Part shown: positions 41,483 to 51,245 of the stretch, piece by piece
Layout of the letters: each line of letters opens with the position of its first letter
How positions within the stretch are numbered: position 1 is the first letter of the stretch
IMG/VR virus record: IMGVR_UViG_3300021093_000007
Direction: 5' to 3' (one strand)
Length of the DNA stretch: 64,000 nt
Origin: a virus
Translations under genes and position numbers: made by a program
The notes under the pieces: generated by a model
Databases searched by the model: none
The model's input: only the letters and a program-made list of their open reading frames with translations
What the model was told of the DNA's origin: nothing

Positions 41483-42046
41483 ATGGCAACTGGTAATCTT
41501 TATAGTAGTCAAATCCAAAATAGAAATTTTTTATCCTCTATTGGATTTAAATTTACTTTGAATAGAGCGCGTAAAGTATCGTTCTTTTCAAACTCAGCTA
41601 ACATACCAGGAATGACTTTAGGTGTTGCGGAGCAACCAACTTACCTAAAAAACATTGATATTCCAGGTGACAAAATTGTATTCCAAGATTTTACTCTGCG
41701 ATTTATTGTAGATGAAAATCTAGAGAACTACATGGAAATTCAAAGATGGATGCGCGGTCTTGGATTCCCAGAATCACTGGATGAAATTTACAATTTACAA
41801 AGAGAAGATAATACTCAATTGGGATTTGATAGCAAATCCATGAACATCTATTCTGATGGAACTTTACAGATTTTAAACAGCAATCAAAGACCACAGTTTG
41901 ATGTCATTTTTAAAGACATGTTTCCATACGACTTGTCAGAATTAACTTTTGATGCTACCAACCCAGACGTAGAATACTTTACTGCAGAGGTATCTTTCAA
42001 GTATACTATTTACGATATATATGATCCAAAAGGAAATAAATTATGA
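41483..42046 (+). CDS. gp3: Tail completion protein gp3
   Basis: NRNFLSSIGFKF, ANIPGMTLG, LRFIVDENLENY, FKDMFP, TAEVSFKY. Confidence 0.85.
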   Translation: MATGNLYSSQIQNRNFLSSIGFKFTLNRARKVSFFSNSANIPGMTLGVAEQPTYLKNIDIPGDKIVFQDFTLRFIVDENLENYMEIQRWMRGLGFPESLDEIYNLQREDNTQLGFDSKSMNIYSDGTLQILNSNQRPQFDVIFKDMFPYDLSELTFDATNPDVEYFTAEVSFKYTIYDIYDPKGNKL

Positions 42047-42480
42047 TTCTTGACCTTGAACAAATCCAACAAATGTGGGAAAAAGATGCTCACATTGACA
42101 TGGATAATCTACATACTGAATCAACTAACATCCCCCTTTTACATGCTAAATACTTTGAGATTTACAACAATGTAATTCTTCTTAAAAAGAAAGCAGAACA
42201 ACAAAGAAAGAATATTCGTCACGAACGTTATGAATATTTTACAGGTAAAGCAGATCCTGAAGTATACGTAGAAGATCCATTCCCTAAAAAAATTAGAGAT
42301 AAAGATACTTTACAAAAATACTTAGATGCAGATCAAAAGTTGTCTCAAATTAATTTAAAGGTTGAGTATTACGAAACAATTTTAAACTATCTAGAAAGTA
42401 TTCTAAAGGTAATTCAAAATAGAACTTACCAAATAAAGAATGCTATTGAATTCTTAAAATTCCAAGCAGGATATGGTTGA
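42043..42480 (+). CDS. uvsY: Recombination mediator UvsY
   Basis: MWEKDAHID, IPLLHAKY, YFTGKADPEVY, RTYQIKNAIEF. Confidence 0.9.
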   Translation: MILDLEQIQQMWEKDAHIDMDNLHTESTNIPLLHAKYFEIYNNVILLKKKAEQQRKNIRHERYEYFTGKADPEVYVEDPFPKKIRDKDTLQKYLDADQKLSQINLKVEYYETILNYLESILKVIQNRTYQIKNAIEFLKFQAGYG

Positions 42481-43945
42481 TAACTTTGATCTTTTGATTC
42501 AGAAATCAAACGAAGTATATTTAAAGATTACATGTGAACCTCACATAGAATATGAACTAAGAGATTATTTTAAGTTTGAGGTTCCAAACGCAAAATTTAT
42601 GCCTCAATATAGAGGTAGAAATTGGAATGGAGAAATTCATTTATTTGATCTAAGGACCAAACAACTCTACGTAGGTTTGTTAGATAAATTAATTTCTTTT
42701 TGTAGTAACTATAATTACAACTATAAATTTGAAGAAAATAAATTTTATGGAATGCCCTTTGAGGTTAACGATGGCATTTCATATGAAGGTGTTAAAGATT
42801 ATATGAAGTCTATTTGTTTTCATGTTCCGAGAGATTATCAAATAGAGGGAGTATACGATGCATTAAAACATAATAGAAAGTTATTGATAAGTCCCACTGC
42901 ATCTGGCAAATCTTTGATGATTTATTCTCTCGTAAGATATTATGTGGAGAAAGGGCAAAAAATTCTTGTAGTTGTTCCAACGACATCTCTTGTAGAGCAG
43001 ATGTATAAGGACTTCCAAGATTATGGTTTTGATTCGGAATCATATTGTCACAAAATATATTCTGGTAGAGAAAAAACATCAGAGTATCCAGTAACTATTA
43101 CAACCTGGCAATCAATATACAAACTTGATAGAAGTTTTTTTGAAAACTATGGTGTAGTTATTGGAGATGAAGCTCATCTATTTAAATCTAAATCATTGAT
43201 ACAAATCATGACAAAGTTACATCATGCTAAGTATAGATTTGGATTTACTGGAACCTTAGATGGAACACAAACCCATAAATGGGTTCTTGAAGGATTGTTT
43301 GGTCCATCATATAAAATTATAAGAACATCAGAATTGATGGAGAAAGGTCATGTATCAAAACTAGACATTAGATGTTTAGTATTAAAACATAAACCAAGAA
43401 TATTTGCAACCTATGAAGATGAAGTTCAATTTATAATTTCTCATGATAAGAGGAATAACTTCATTAAAAATTTATCCCTCGATTTAAAAGGTAATACTTT
43501 AATTTTATTCTCAAGAGTTGAGACTCATGGTAAACCATTATATGAATTAATAAACACTGCTAAAAAAACAAATAGAAAAGTATTTTTTATTCATGGTGGA
43601 GTTGATACTGAAGAAAGAGAAATTGTTAGGGAGATTACAGAAAGAGAAAAAGATGCAATCATCATTGCTTCATACGGTGTATTTTCTACTGGAATAAATA
43701 TAAGAAACCTACACAATGTAATTTTTGCTTCTCCTAGTAAATCAAGAATTCGTAATCTACAATCCATCGGAAGAGTTCTTAGGAAAGGCAAAAATAAAAC
43801 TAAAGCAATGTTATATGACATATCTGATGATTGTACATATAATTCAAGAAAGAATTACACTTTAAATCATTTAATAGAAAGAATTAAAATCTACAATGAA
43901 GAACAGTTTAATTATGAAATAATAACAATTAATTTAAAGGAATAA
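42473..43945 (+). CDS. uvsW: SF2 DNA helicase UvsW
   Basis: PRDYQ, SPTASGKS, GDEAH, GFTGT, STGINI, LQSIGRVLR. Confidence 0.95.
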   Translation: MVDNFDLLIQKSNEVYLKITCEPHIEYELRDYFKFEVPNAKFMPQYRGRNWNGEIHLFDLRTKQLYVGLLDKLISFCSNYNYNYKFEENKFYGMPFEVNDGISYEGVKDYMKSICFHVPRDYQIEGVYDALKHNRKLLISPTASGKSLMIYSLVRYYVEKGQKILVVVPTTSLVEQMYKDFQDYGFDSESYCHKIYSGREKTSEYPVTITTWQSIYKLDRSFFENYGVVIGDEAHLFKSKSLIQIMTKLHHAKYRFGFTGTLDGTQTHKWVLEGLFGPSYKIIRTSELMEKGHVSKLDIRCLVLKHKPRIFATYEDEVQFIISHDKRNNFIKNLSLDLKGNTLILFSRVETHGKPLYELINTAKKTNRKVFFIHGGVDTEEREIVREITEREKDAIIIASYGVFSTGINIRNLHNVIFASPSKSRIRNLQSIGRVLRKGKNKTKAMLYDISDDCTYNSRKNYTLNHLIERIKIYNEEQFNYEIITINLKE

Positions 43946-43947
43946 TT

Positions 43948-44355
43948 ATGGAAGACGACTTTTATGCAACAGTTAAGTTAAAAAGTGGAGAAGAGATATT
44001 TTCAAAGGTTATGCCTTGTTTTGAAAACAATAAAACTTTATTACTTATAACAAACCCAATTACAATATCTGAAGTTACAACCAGAGGTGGATCAACAGGA
44101 TACAAACTAGAACCCTGGTTAAAAACAACAAAAGAAGATATGTTTATTCTCGATATGGATGATGTCCTTACGTTAAGTGAATCAAAAGACCTTGAAATGA
44201 TTATGATGTATCAATCATGGATTAGAGACTCTACTGATTTTGATCCTAAGGATAATCCACATGGTATTAGGAAAAAGATCAATAGAAAGATGGGATACAT
44301 CTCTAATGTTAATGATGCTAAAGAGATCTTAGAAAAACTCTATAAAAATAGTTAA
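43948..44355 (+). CDS. Conserved hypothetical protein (KLxSGEEI family, possible Sm-like fold)
   Basis: ATVKLKSGEEIFSKV...NPI...LEPW; lies between uvsW and gp55. Confidence 0.75.
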   Translation: MEDDFYATVKLKSGEEIFSKVMPCFENNKTLLLITNPITISEVTTRGGSTGYKLEPWLKTTKEDMFILDMDDVLTLSESKDLEMIMMYQSWIRDSTDFDPKDNPHGIRKKINRKMGYISNVNDAKEILEKLYKNS

Positions 44356-44383
44356 TATATAAACTTGAAAGCGCAACAATGCT

Positions 44384-44412
44384 ATTATATCCATTTTGGA
44401 TACCTCTGTCAA
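44384..44412 (-). promoter_or_regulatory. Consensus sigma70 promoter pointing leftward (antisense)
   Basis: Minus strand reads TTGACA (44412-44407), 17 nt, TATAAT (44389-44384). Confidence 0.7.
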
Positions 44413-44415
44413 GCC

Positions 44416-44445
44416 TTGATTCTTTTTGTATAGTAGTGTTATAAT
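44416..44445 (+). promoter_or_regulatory. Sigma70-type promoter for gp55
   Basis: TTGATT, 18 nt, extended -10 TGtTATAAT (44437-44445). Confidence 0.65.
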
Positions 44446-44470
44446 TTCAACAATTAATACAGTAATTTTT

Positions 44471-44965
44471 ATGGGTATCCAACCAGTGCCTAAAAGAAAG
44501 AGATCAATTCACTACGTTAATAACAAAGAATTTCTTTTAGCTTTGATTGAGTATAGAAGGCAACTTAGTTTGGCTCAAGAACGGGGAGATCCAAGACCAC
44601 AGATTACAAACTATCTGGGCGAATGCTTTTTAAAGATTGCAACACATTTATCATTCAAACCAAATTTTGTCAACTACATTTTTAAAGATGACATGATTTC
44701 TGATGGTATTGAAAATTGTGTTATGTATATCCATAATTTTGATCCTGAAAAGTCTCAGAATCCATTTGCATATTTTACGCAAATTATACACTACGCCTTT
44801 TTACGTAGAATTCAAAAAGAGAAAAAGCAGTTAGAAATTAAAAATAAAATTTTAGAAAGAACTGGATTTGATGAGGTTTTCTTTGATGATAACCTGATTG
44901 ACGGTATGAATTATTCTGACTATAATTCTATCAAGGACAACATTCATTCCAAATCTAGGTATTGA
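44471..44965 (+). CDS. gp55: Late-transcription sigma factor gp55
   Basis: HYVNNKEFL, YLGECFLKIATHLS, DMISDGIENC, NPFAYFTQI; ATG 44471 preferred because the track's TTG start lies inside the promoter. Confidence 0.95.
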   Translation: MGIQPVPKRKRSIHYVNNKEFLLALIEYRRQLSLAQERGDPRPQITNYLGECFLKIATHLSFKPNFVNYIFKDDMISDGIENCVMYIHNFDPEKSQNPFAYFTQIIHYAFLRRIQKEKKQLEIKNKILERTGFDEVFFDDNLIDGMNYSDYNSIKDNIHSKSRY

Positions 44966-46008
44966 TGAAAGTAGCAATTATTACAGACCAACATTTTGGT
45001 GCTCGTAAAAACTCTAAACTTTTTCATGATTATTTTTTAAAATTTTATAACGATATTTTTTTTCCAACGTTACTTAAACACGACATTAAAACTGTTGTGG
45101 ACATGGGCGATACTTTTGACAGTAGAAAAGGAATTGACTTTGCAGCTCTTGCTTGGGCAAAAGATAATTATTACGATACCCTAAAAAAACTTGGAGTTAC
45201 TGTTCATACAATAGTTGGTAATCATACAGCATATTATAAAAACACAAATGAAATTAATGCTGTAGATCTTCTGTTGAGAGAATATGAAAATGTAAAAGTA
45301 TATTCAAAACCAACTGAAGTTCAACTTGACAAACTTAAAGTTCTGTTTATCCCTTGGATTAATGAGGGTAATTATGATGAAACTTTTAAGACAGTAAAAT
45401 CCACAAAATGTAAATGTGCCATGGGGCATCTTGAGTTCTCTGGATTTCCTCCATATCGTGGGTTTACCATGCAAGAAGGTATGGATTCCAAGTTGTTTGA
45501 TAAATTTGAATTGGTTTTTTCTGGGCATTATCATACTCGTTCTGATAACGGTAAGATTTTTTATCTAGGAAATCCATATGAGATATATTCCAATGACATT
45601 GGAGATACTCGTGGATTTCATATTTTTAATACAGAGACTCGTTCTTTGCAATCAGTAAATAATCCATATACAATGCATGAGACGATTTATTATGATGATA
45701 ATGACCATCAAACGTTTGATGCAAGAAACTATGAGAATAAAATTGTAAAACTTGTAGTTAAAAAAAAGACAAACGAAAAAAAATTTGATAAATTTATTGA
45801 TAAACTTTATCTAACAAATATTGCTGAATTAAAAATTGTAGAATCTTTTGCGGATTCCACAAATCTTAATGAGGAATATGATTTTGAATCGGAGGATACT
45901 GTATCTATTTTGAATAAGTATGTTGACGATTCTGAAGACTCAATAAATAAAGCGTCTATAAAAAGAATTATTCAGCAAGTATATAAACAAGCTTGTGAGA
46001 TAGTCTAG
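44965..46008 (+). CDS. gp47: Recombination endonuclease subunit gp47 (Mre11/SbcD-like)
   Basis: ITDQHFG, MGDTFD, VGNH, GHLE, SGHYH metallophosphoesterase motifs. Confidence 0.95.
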   Translation: MKVAIITDQHFGARKNSKLFHDYFLKFYNDIFFPTLLKHDIKTVVDMGDTFDSRKGIDFAALAWAKDNYYDTLKKLGVTVHTIVGNHTAYYKNTNEINAVDLLLREYENVKVYSKPTEVQLDKLKVLFIPWINEGNYDETFKTVKSTKCKCAMGHLEFSGFPPYRGFTMQEGMDSKLFDKFELVFSGHYHTRSDNGKIFYLGNPYEIYSNDIGDTRGFHIFNTETRSLQSVNNPYTMHETIYYDDNDHQTFDARNYENKIVKLVVKKKTNEKKFDKFIDKLYLTNIAELKIVESFADSTNLNEEYDFESEDTVSILNKYVDDSEDSINKASIKRIIQQVYKQACEIV

Positions 46009-46009
46009 T

Positions 46010-46279
46010 ATGTACATTCTTACTTTAGAAGGTAGAGAAGAGCAAGGTGCTTATTCTGTAACTAATCAAAAAGGACAACAAATTCTTTACCTCTTTGAAG
46101 AAGAAGATGATGCCGTAAGATTTGCAATGATGTTGGAAGAAGAAGATTATCCACCAATGACTGTAATTGAAATCGATGATGATTTGATTATAAAAACATG
46201 CGAAGTTAATCGCTATGAGTATGCAATTATTACTGAAAATGACATTGTAATTCCTCCAGAACAAAATGATATTATTTGA
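46010..46279 (+). CDS. Conserved small acidic hypothetical protein
   Basis: GAYSV...LYLFEEEDDAVRFAMML...DIVIPP; lies between gp47 and gp46. Confidence 0.75.
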   Translation: MYILTLEGREEQGAYSVTNQKGQQILYLFEEEDDAVRFAMMLEEEDYPPMTVIEIDDDLIIKTCEVNRYEYAIITENDIVIPPEQNDII

Positions 46280-47978
46280 AAAAATTCGCTACAAAAACTT
46301 TTTAAGCACAGGTAATCAATTTACCGAAATTGACTTGGCGAAGTCACCAACTACTTTAATCATTGGTAACAATGGATCTGGGAAAAGTACGATCCTTGAT
46401 GCATTGACTTTTTCATTATTTGGTAAATCTTTTAGAGGAGTTAACAAACCACAATTGATCAATTCTGTAAATGAAAAAGATTGTGTTGTTGAAATTGAAT
46501 TTAAAATAGGATCTAATAGTTGGAAAGTTGTTAGAGGACTTAAACCAACAATCTTTGAAATTTATAAAAACGGCGAACTTTTAAATCAAGAATCTGCTAG
46601 TAAGGATCAGCAAACTTGGTTAGAGGGAATTGTTTTGAAAATGAACTATAAGTCATTTACTCAAATTGTTATTTTGGGTAGTAGTAACTTTGTTCCTTTT
46701 ATGCAATTAGCAGCAGCTACTAGAAGAGAAGTCATTGAAGATCTTTTAGATATTAAAATCTTTTCTTCAATGAACTCTGTATTAAAAGATCGAGTTAAAA
46801 CTTGTAGAGATGAAATTAAAAATTTAGAATATAAAAGAGAGTCTATTCAAGACAAACTTAACATGCAACAAAGTTTTATTGAACAGATTGAAAATATTGG
46901 AAAAAAAGATATTCAAAATAAAAATCAAGTAATTAAAAATATAAGACAAGAAAATGAAAAGTTACTAGTTGATTCTCTTTCTTTGGAAGATACGTTAGTT
47001 CAAAAACAAGAACAATTAGTAGATTTTTCTGGTGCAACTGATAAACTTCGTAAACTTGGTAATCTAAAGGGAAAACTATCTCAAAAAATTACAACAGTAA
47101 TTGAAGACCACAAGTTTTTTACTAACAATACGGTTTGCCCAACTTGCACTCAATCTATTGAAGAAGATTTTAGAATAAATAAAATTAGTGACGCCCAAAA
47201 TAGAGCAAAAGAGTTGCAGTCTGGTTATAAAGAACTAGAGGAGGCAATTAAAGAGGAGGAAGATCGAGAGCGTCACTTTACTTCACTATCTAAAGAGGTA
47301 ACTAACCTAACGCATGAAATTTCTCAAATCAATACTAAGATCTCTGGATACCAAAGACAAATCGGAGATCTTGAACAAGAAATTCAAACTATTACCGATC
47401 AACTTAAAAACAGAAATACTGAACACGAAAAGTTAAAGGAATTAGAAGATCAATACGAAGAATTGCGTAAAGAGACTGATTCTAAAAAAGATCTTCTAAT
47501 TAACTATAATTTTGTATCTGATTTACTGAAAGATGGTGGAGTAAAAACTCAAATCATTAAAAAGTATCTACCTGTAATTAATACTCAGGTAAACAAATAC
47601 TTACAAATGATGGAGTTCTTTATTAATTTTAAACTTGATGAAGAATTTAATGAGTCAATTGAATCTCCGATTCATGATGATTTTTCTTACACTTCTTTTA
47701 GTGAAGGTGAAAGAATGCGTATTGACTTAGCACTTCTTTTTACTTGGAGAGAAATTGCAAAACTCAAAAATTCTTTGAACTGTAATTTAATTATATTTGA
47801 TGAAACATTTGACTCTTCTCTAGATACATTTGGAACTGATGAGTTTATGAAAATTATTCGTTATGTAATTAAGGATGCAAATACTTTTGTTATCTCACAT
47901 AAAGAAGGAATGCGAGATAAGTTTGCTGAAGTTTTAAAATTTGAAAAAATTAAAGGATTTAGTAAGGTATCATCATGA
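46266..47978 (+). CDS. gp46: Recombination ATPase subunit gp46 (Rad50/SbcC-like)
   Basis: GNNGSGKST, zinc hook CPTC, FSEGE signature, IFDE Walker B. Confidence 0.96.
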   Translation: MILFEKIRYKNFLSTGNQFTEIDLAKSPTTLIIGNNGSGKSTILDALTFSLFGKSFRGVNKPQLINSVNEKDCVVEIEFKIGSNSWKVVRGLKPTIFEIYKNGELLNQESASKDQQTWLEGIVLKMNYKSFTQIVILGSSNFVPFMQLAAATRREVIEDLLDIKIFSSMNSVLKDRVKTCRDEIKNLEYKRESIQDKLNMQQSFIEQIENIGKKDIQNKNQVIKNIRQENEKLLVDSLSLEDTLVQKQEQLVDFSGATDKLRKLGNLKGKLSQKITTVIEDHKFFTNNTVCPTCTQSIEEDFRINKISDAQNRAKELQSGYKELEEAIKEEEDRERHFTSLSKEVTNLTHEISQINTKISGYQRQIGDLEQEIQTITDQLKNRNTEHEKLKELEDQYEELRKETDSKKDLLINYNFVSDLLKDGGVKTQIIKKYLPVINTQVNKYLQMMEFFINFKLDEEFNESIESPIHDDFSYTSFSEGERMRIDLALLFTWREIAKLKNSLNCNLIIFDETFDSSLDTFGTDEFMKIIRYVIKDANTFVISHKEGMRDKFAEVLKFEKIKGFSKVSS

Positions 47979-48715
47979 AGGTTTTAGTCACTGGACATAG
48001 AGGATTTATTGGAAGAAATGTATTCGCTGATTGGCAAACCACCCACAATCATTTGGTTGTGGGAATGGATTTTCCGTATGATATTGATAATTTTGTTGGT
48101 GATGATTATGATTTGATTATTCATTTGGCAGCATTTGCAAATATCAGAGAAAGTCTAGAGAATCCTCAAAAGTTTTATGAGAATAATGTAGTAAAGTCTA
48201 AAAAGATATTCGACTGGTGTAGAGAGACAAATACTAGACTTTTATATGCTTCCTCTAGTGCTGTAGAGGAAGATTATTGGGAGAATCCTTATGCTATGAC
48301 AAAGTGGATTAATGAACAAATGGCACCACCCAACTCTGTTGGGATGAGATTTACCACTGTTTATGGTCCAGACAGTCGTCCAGATATGATGTATAGGATG
48401 CTTGAAGATAAAACTGCAACCTACGTAACCAATCATAAAAGAGATTGGATTCATGTTAATGATGTGTGTCGAGCAATTCGTTATCTTGCTAGTAGTGAAA
48501 TCTGTGGACCAGTTCCTGTTGGATCTGGTAAATCTGTCTATGTTAAAGATCTTGCAGAGAAGATGGGGATGGGTCACTTGCCAGTTAAAGAACTGACCCC
48601 AGGTGAAAGACAAGATAATGTGGCAGATACTATAATCCTAACTAGTATTGGATGGTTCCCAACCATTAACGTTCTGGACACGATCAATGAACACCCCAAA
48701 TTGGCAACATCATAG
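47975..48715 (+). CDS. NAD-dependent nucleotide-sugar epimerase/dehydratase
   Basis: VTGHRGFIG, HLAA, YASSS, YAMTK (YxxxK), RFTTVYG, RDWIHVND. Confidence 0.9.
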   Translation: MKVLVTGHRGFIGRNVFADWQTTHNHLVVGMDFPYDIDNFVGDDYDLIIHLAAFANIRESLENPQKFYENNVVKSKKIFDWCRETNTRLLYASSSAVEEDYWENPYAMTKWINEQMAPPNSVGMRFTTVYGPDSRPDMMYRMLEDKTATYVTNHKRDWIHVNDVCRAIRYLASSEICGPVPVGSGKSVYVKDLAEKMGMGHLPVKELTPGERQDNVADTIILTSIGWFPTINVLDTINEHPKLATS

Positions 48716-48860
48716 TAAAAAAGAACAAAAGCGGAAACTTAAACCGCAAGCACTTCGACAAGCAAAGGCACGACTGAGCCACTTCAAAAAGCAGCACATG
48801 ACCTCCCCCAAAAAGGGAGGTTCTTCTGTAGTATACGTTCACACGATTCAAATCAAATGA
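48687..48860 (+). CDS. Small basic hypothetical protein
   Basis: MNTPNWQHHSKKEQKRKLKPQALRQAKARL; overlaps the epimerase 3' end; stop overlaps the next ATG. Confidence 0.6.
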   Translation: MNTPNWQHHSKKEQKRKLKPQALRQAKARLSHFKKQHMTSPKKGGSSVVYVHTIQIK

Positions 48861-51007
48861 CTGTCCGCCACGAAATCAAGTCTCAACTCGCTAAACTGCT
48901 TGCTACCGAAGACCTTGTGGTTGAGCACAAGAAGGTAGAGACTGCTTGCTTTAATGTCCACACTCGTGTCCTTACTCTTCCTATGTGGGAGAAGGCAAGC
49001 AACACTGTGTACGACCTTCTGGTTGGTCACGAGGTCGGTCACGCTCTCTATACCCCCGATGAGGATTGGTTGAAGGAGCACAAGATTCCCCCGCAGTTTG
49101 TGAATGTGGTGGAAGATGCTCGTATTGAGAAACTGATGAAGCGTCGTTATGCTGGTCTTGCCAAGACCTTCTACAACGGTTATAAGGAACTTGCTGATGA
49201 TGATTTCTTCCAACTTAATGACGACAATCTGGAAACCTATAATCTTGCTGACCGCGCAAATCTGTGGTTCAAGATTGGTAACTATGTGGACATTCCTGTT
49301 GAGCGTGGCGAAGAGACTGAAATCATCAACTTGATTGCGGATACCGAGACCTTTGCTGATGTTCTGATTGCAGCAGAAGCACTTTATAAGTATTGCAAGC
49401 AAAAGCAGCAAGAAGAAACCAAGACTCAAATTGACAGTCTTGAATCTCAATCTTCTGGTGCAAGTCAACAACCTGCCTCTGACTTCTCTGATCAGCAGGA
49501 AGGTGAGAATAATCAAGAACAGCAAGATACTTCTGAATCTCCTGCATCTAGTGAAACTAAGCAAGAGAAGCAACCTAAGAATTCTCCTCAGGGTGGTGAA
49601 GAATTTGAACCTGAAGTGAAGACGATGGATAATCTTGAGGAAGCTCTTAAGGAACTTGTAGAAAATTCGTCATTTGAAAATATTTACTTGGAACTACCTG
49701 AGTTGGATCTTGACCGAATTATTGTTCCTAATTCTGAGATTCATTCAAAATGTAATGATACTTGGAAAGAATTAATTGAAGATGTTAATCTTCGTGGGAA
49801 TTCTGTTTTTGGTGAAGTTGATAAACGATATCAAGAATTTAAAAAGTCTGCTCAAAAAGAAGTTACTTATCTTGTCAAAGAATTTGAATGTCGTAAAGCA
49901 GCAGATTCTTATTCTAGGTCTTCAGTCGCTCGCACTGGTGTTCTAGACTGTTCTAAACTTCATACATATAAGTATAATGAAGATCTTTTTAGAAAAGTAA
50001 CCACTCTTGCTGAGGGTAAAAATCATGGATTGGTTTTTATTCTGGATTGGTCTGGTTCAATGTCCGATGTAATGGTAGATACTATTAAGCAGTTGTTTAA
50101 CTTGATCTGGTTCTGTAAAAAGGTTGCAATTCCTTTTGAGGTCTATGCGTTCACCACTGATTATCCTTTGGTCAAATATGAACCAGACGGGAAAGCAAAT
50201 CTTCGTATGCTATCTTATAAAAAACGTGATGGTCTCATTCAAGTGGGAGAGTGGTTCTCTTTGATGAATATTCTGACTAGTAAAACAAATACGAAGGTTT
50301 TGGAAGAACAAATGAAAAATATCTTCCGAATTGCACATTGTTTTGACCGTCATTTTTATTGTGGATATAGTATTCCTCCTGGTCTCAGTCTCTCTGGAAC
50401 CCCATTGAATGAATCTTTGATTGCTTTGCATCAGATTCTTCCTAAATTTCAGAAGGAAAATAAACTTCAAAAAGTTCAGTGTGTGGTTCTTACTGATGGG
50501 GAGGCTTGTAATATTGTTTATCATCGTGAAGTAAAGCGTCATTGGGAAGACAACTCGTATTTGGGCACTGCTCATATTGGTCCTAATGCTTATCTGCGAG
50601 ATCGTAAAACAGGTCATACCTATGCTTTTGATGGTAACTATCATATGATTACCGAAGTTCTACTTCAAAATCTTAGAGACAAGTTTTCTAACATTAATTT
50701 TATTGGTATTCGTATTCTTGAACCGAGGGATGCTGGAAACTTTATCCGTCGTTACTATGGTTGGTATGGTGATGAGTTGGATAAGATGATGAGCGTTTGG
50801 AAAAAAGAAAAAGCATTTACGATCAAGAGATCTGGATATCATTCATATTTTGGTCTCTCTGCTACTGCTCTTGCACAAGGATCTGAATTTTCCATTGAAG
50901 GGGATGCAACCAAATCTCAAATTAAAAGTGCTTTTGTTAAAAGTCTTAAAACTAAAAAAATGAATAAAAAAATTCTTAATGAGTTCATTGATCTGGTAGC
51001 CAAATGA
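48857..51007 (+). CDS. Zincin-like peptidase plus VWA domain protein (CobT-like partner of the CobS AAA+ ATPase)
   Basis: HEVGH...NVVEDARIE N-domain, acidic linker, MIDAS LDWSGSM, SGTPL, VLTDGE. Confidence 0.85.
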   Translation: MTVRHEIKSQLAKLLATEDLVVEHKKVETACFNVHTRVLTLPMWEKASNTVYDLLVGHEVGHALYTPDEDWLKEHKIPPQFVNVVEDARIEKLMKRRYAGLAKTFYNGYKELADDDFFQLNDDNLETYNLADRANLWFKIGNYVDIPVERGEETEIINLIADTETFADVLIAAEALYKYCKQKQQEETKTQIDSLESQSSGASQQPASDFSDQQEGENNQEQQDTSESPASSETKQEKQPKNSPQGGEEFEPEVKTMDNLEEALKELVENSSFENIYLELPELDLDRIIVPNSEIHSKCNDTWKELIEDVNLRGNSVFGEVDKRYQEFKKSAQKEVTYLVKEFECRKAADSYSRSSVARTGVLDCSKLHTYKYNEDLFRKVTTLAEGKNHGLVFILDWSGSMSDVMVDTIKQLFNLIWFCKKVAIPFEVYAFTTDYPLVKYEPDGKANLRMLSYKKRDGLIQVGEWFSLMNILTSKTNTKVLEEQMKNIFRIAHCFDRHFYCGYSIPPGLSLSGTPLNESLIALHQILPKFQKENKLQKVQCVVLTDGEACNIVYHREVKRHWEDNSYLGTAHIGPNAYLRDRKTGHTYAFDGNYHMITEVLLQNLRDKFSNINFIGIRILEPRDAGNFIRRYYGWYGDELDKMMSVWKKEKAFTIKRSGYHSYFGLSATALAQGSEFSIEGDATKSQIKSAFVKSLKTKKMNKKILNEFIDLVAK

Positions 51008-51168
51008 ATTTAAAACATGTAGTTAAAGAAGAAACCAAAGAAGTATTGGTTGTGTGTGATAGTGCAATCACTGCTATGGGAGTTGGTGCCTGGGTAAAAA
51101 AATATTATCCAGGATATACTCCTAAAATAATTTCTAAACAAACTTTTGAAGGACTGGGACAATCCTAG
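51004..51168 (+). CDS. Small hypothetical protein (54 aa)
   Basis: Not in the track; ATGA overlap with the previous stop; MNLKHVVKEETKEVLVVCDSAITAMGVGAWVKKYYPGY... Confidence 0.6.
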   Translation: MNLKHVVKEETKEVLVVCDSAITAMGVGAWVKKYYPGYTPKIISKQTFEGLGQS

Positions 51169-51245
51169 AACCGTCTACTGACAACTCTTCTTTGTCCAAA
51201 GTCCTTGTATAATTACTTTGTTGAAACAAACCACCTAACTAAATT

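Noticed and set aside
48801-48821. Hairpin ACCTCCC-CCAAAAA-GGGAGGT as a terminator
   Set aside because: It lies in a probable small ORF and has only a weak T tract, so its function cannot be supported
48848-49573. 241-aa minus-strand ORF
   Set aside because: Antisense to a well-supported gene; no start signals or recognisable domain
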